Below are positions 43,012-44,060 of a stretch of DNA of 44,060 bases, in pieces. Position 1 is the stretch's first letter, and the number at the start of each line of letters is the position of its first letter. The translations under genes were made by a program, and so were the position numbers. The stretch spans positions 1 through 44,060 of the IMG/VR virus record IMGVR_UViG_3300048848_000241; one strand, given 5' to 3'. Below the pieces are notes generated by a model. The model saw nothing but the letters and a program-made list of their open reading frames with translations, was not told where the DNA came from and made no database searches. The DNA is from a virus. Taxonomy: Duplodnaviria; Caudoviricetes.

Positions 43012-44060
43012 TCCACCTGCTCGAGAAGATGCGTCAGCGAAAAATCTACGGGGTGCGCGAGATCAAGACGTTCAGTGCAGCGGCGGCGCGGTACCTGGTC
43101 GAGCACCGAGACCAGCCGTCATTCAGGGTGACCGCGCTCTATCTGGACCAGCTCGACGACTACATAGGGCACCTGCCGCTGACGCATATAGATGACGAGG
43201 CCCTGGCGCCTTTCATTCGAGATCGCAAAGCGGACGTGGTACTGCCAGGCGGGAAGGTAAAGAAGGGAGTCAGCAACAGGACGGTGAACATCGCGATCGA
43301 GCGAGCGATCCGTGTTCTGTCGCTGGCCTGCCGGAAGTGGCGGGACGAAGAGCGCAGGCCCTGGCTCGACAGCGTACCGCTGCTCACCAAGCTGGAAGAG
43401 AAGAAGGCAAGTCGGAAGCCCTACCCCATGTCCTGGGAGGAGCAGTCGATTTTCTTCGGGGAGCTGCCGGACCACTTGCAGCGCATGGCCCTGTTCAAGG
43501 TGAACACAGGCTGTCGAGAGCAAGAGGTCTGCAAGCTGAGATGGGATTGGGAGATCTTCGTGCCTGAGCTGAACGCGAGTGTGTTTCTCATACCGGCCGA
43601 GTTTGGCGGCCGGCATGCGAACTCAGGCGTGAAGAACCGCGACGAGCGGCTGGTGGTGCTGAACAGCGTGGCCAAGTCGATCATCGAGGGGCAGCGCGGC
43701 ATCAATCGGGAGTGGGTATTCCCGTACAACGATTCCGCGATGCACCGGATGAACGACTCGGCCTGGCAGAAAGCGCGGAAGAGGTCGGCCAAGCTCTGGC
43801 AGGAGCAGCATATGCGGCCGGCCCATCCAGGGTTCGCTTCCATAAGGGTTCACGATTTGAAGCATACCTTTGGACGACGCCTAAAAGCAGCAGGTGTCTC
43901 AGAAGAAGATCGAAAGTCTTTGCTGGGGCACAAAAATGGCAGCGTGACCAGTCACTACTCCGGCGCCGAGCTGGGGCAGTTGATCGATGCAGTGAACAAG
44001 GTATCGGCCACCGATTCGCGCGGACCGGTTTTGACCATCTTGAAAAGGAGAATTGGGTGA
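42879..44060 (+). CDS. int: Tyrosine integrase
   Basis: TGCR, GVKN, HDLKH, LLGH and HYS catalytic motifs; AAGGAG RBS. Confidence 0.93.
   Translation: MAKKAITGLQKMPSGIWKIDKVYRGERIQESTGTTDRQEAEQYLIHLLEKMRQRKIYGVREIKTFSAAAARYLVEHRDQPSFRVTALYLDQLDDYIGHLPLTHIDDEALAPFIRDRKADVVLPGGKVKKGVSNRTVNIAIERAIRVLSLACRKWRDEERRPWLDSVPLLTKLEEKKASRKPYPMSWEEQSIFFGELPDHLQRMALFKVNTGCREQEVCKLRWDWEIFVPELNASVFLIPAEFGGRHANSGVKNRDERLVVLNSVAKSIIEGQRGINREWVFPYNDSAMHRMNDSAWQKARKRSAKLWQEQHMRPAHPGFASIRVHDLKHTFGRRLKAAGVSEEDRKSLLGHKNGSVTSHYSGAELGQLIDAVNKVSATDSRGPVLTILKRRIG

Larger units (their letters stand above)
1..44060. mobile_element. Lambdoid temperate prophage (siphovirus-type), probably of Pseudomonas
   Basis: Full set of lysis, tail, head, packaging, replication, immunity and integration modules. 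Confidence 0.95.

Noticed and set aside
43900-44060. attL/attR core repeats
   Set aside because: The window ends at the int stop and starts at an ORF stop; I found no matching direct repeat at the two ends by eye

Overview
The window is a near-complete (~44 kb) lambdoid, long-tailed (siphovirus-type) temperate prophage. The host is probably Pseudomonas, inferred from high GC and gene families. The minus strand carries, from right to left: cro, cII-like, rha/antirepressor, replication O and loader, nin region, Q-like antiterminator, a membrane-protein moron, holin pair, terminase, portal, head, tail, receptor-binding protein, endolysin, two spanins and a LexA-box-controlled ORF. The plus strand carries cI, then a PL early operon (small ORFs, ERF recombinase, C5 DNA methyltransferase, Lar-like protein, xis, tyrosine integrase). 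Highlights: (1) a short Acb2-type anti-CBASS sponge gene inside the head operon; (2) four dispersed CGCGCCAC-N20/21-GTGGCGCG inverted repeats, two of them inside reading frames; (3) a cloverleaf ncRNA with complementary loops in the PL operon; (4) a 48-triplet collagen gene next to the capsid gene; (5) a split lysis cassette, several morons, and readable operators, iterons, a Q-binding-type repeat and a -1 frameshift site. No att sites are visible. All family assignments come from motif recognition, recall and synteny, not database searches.
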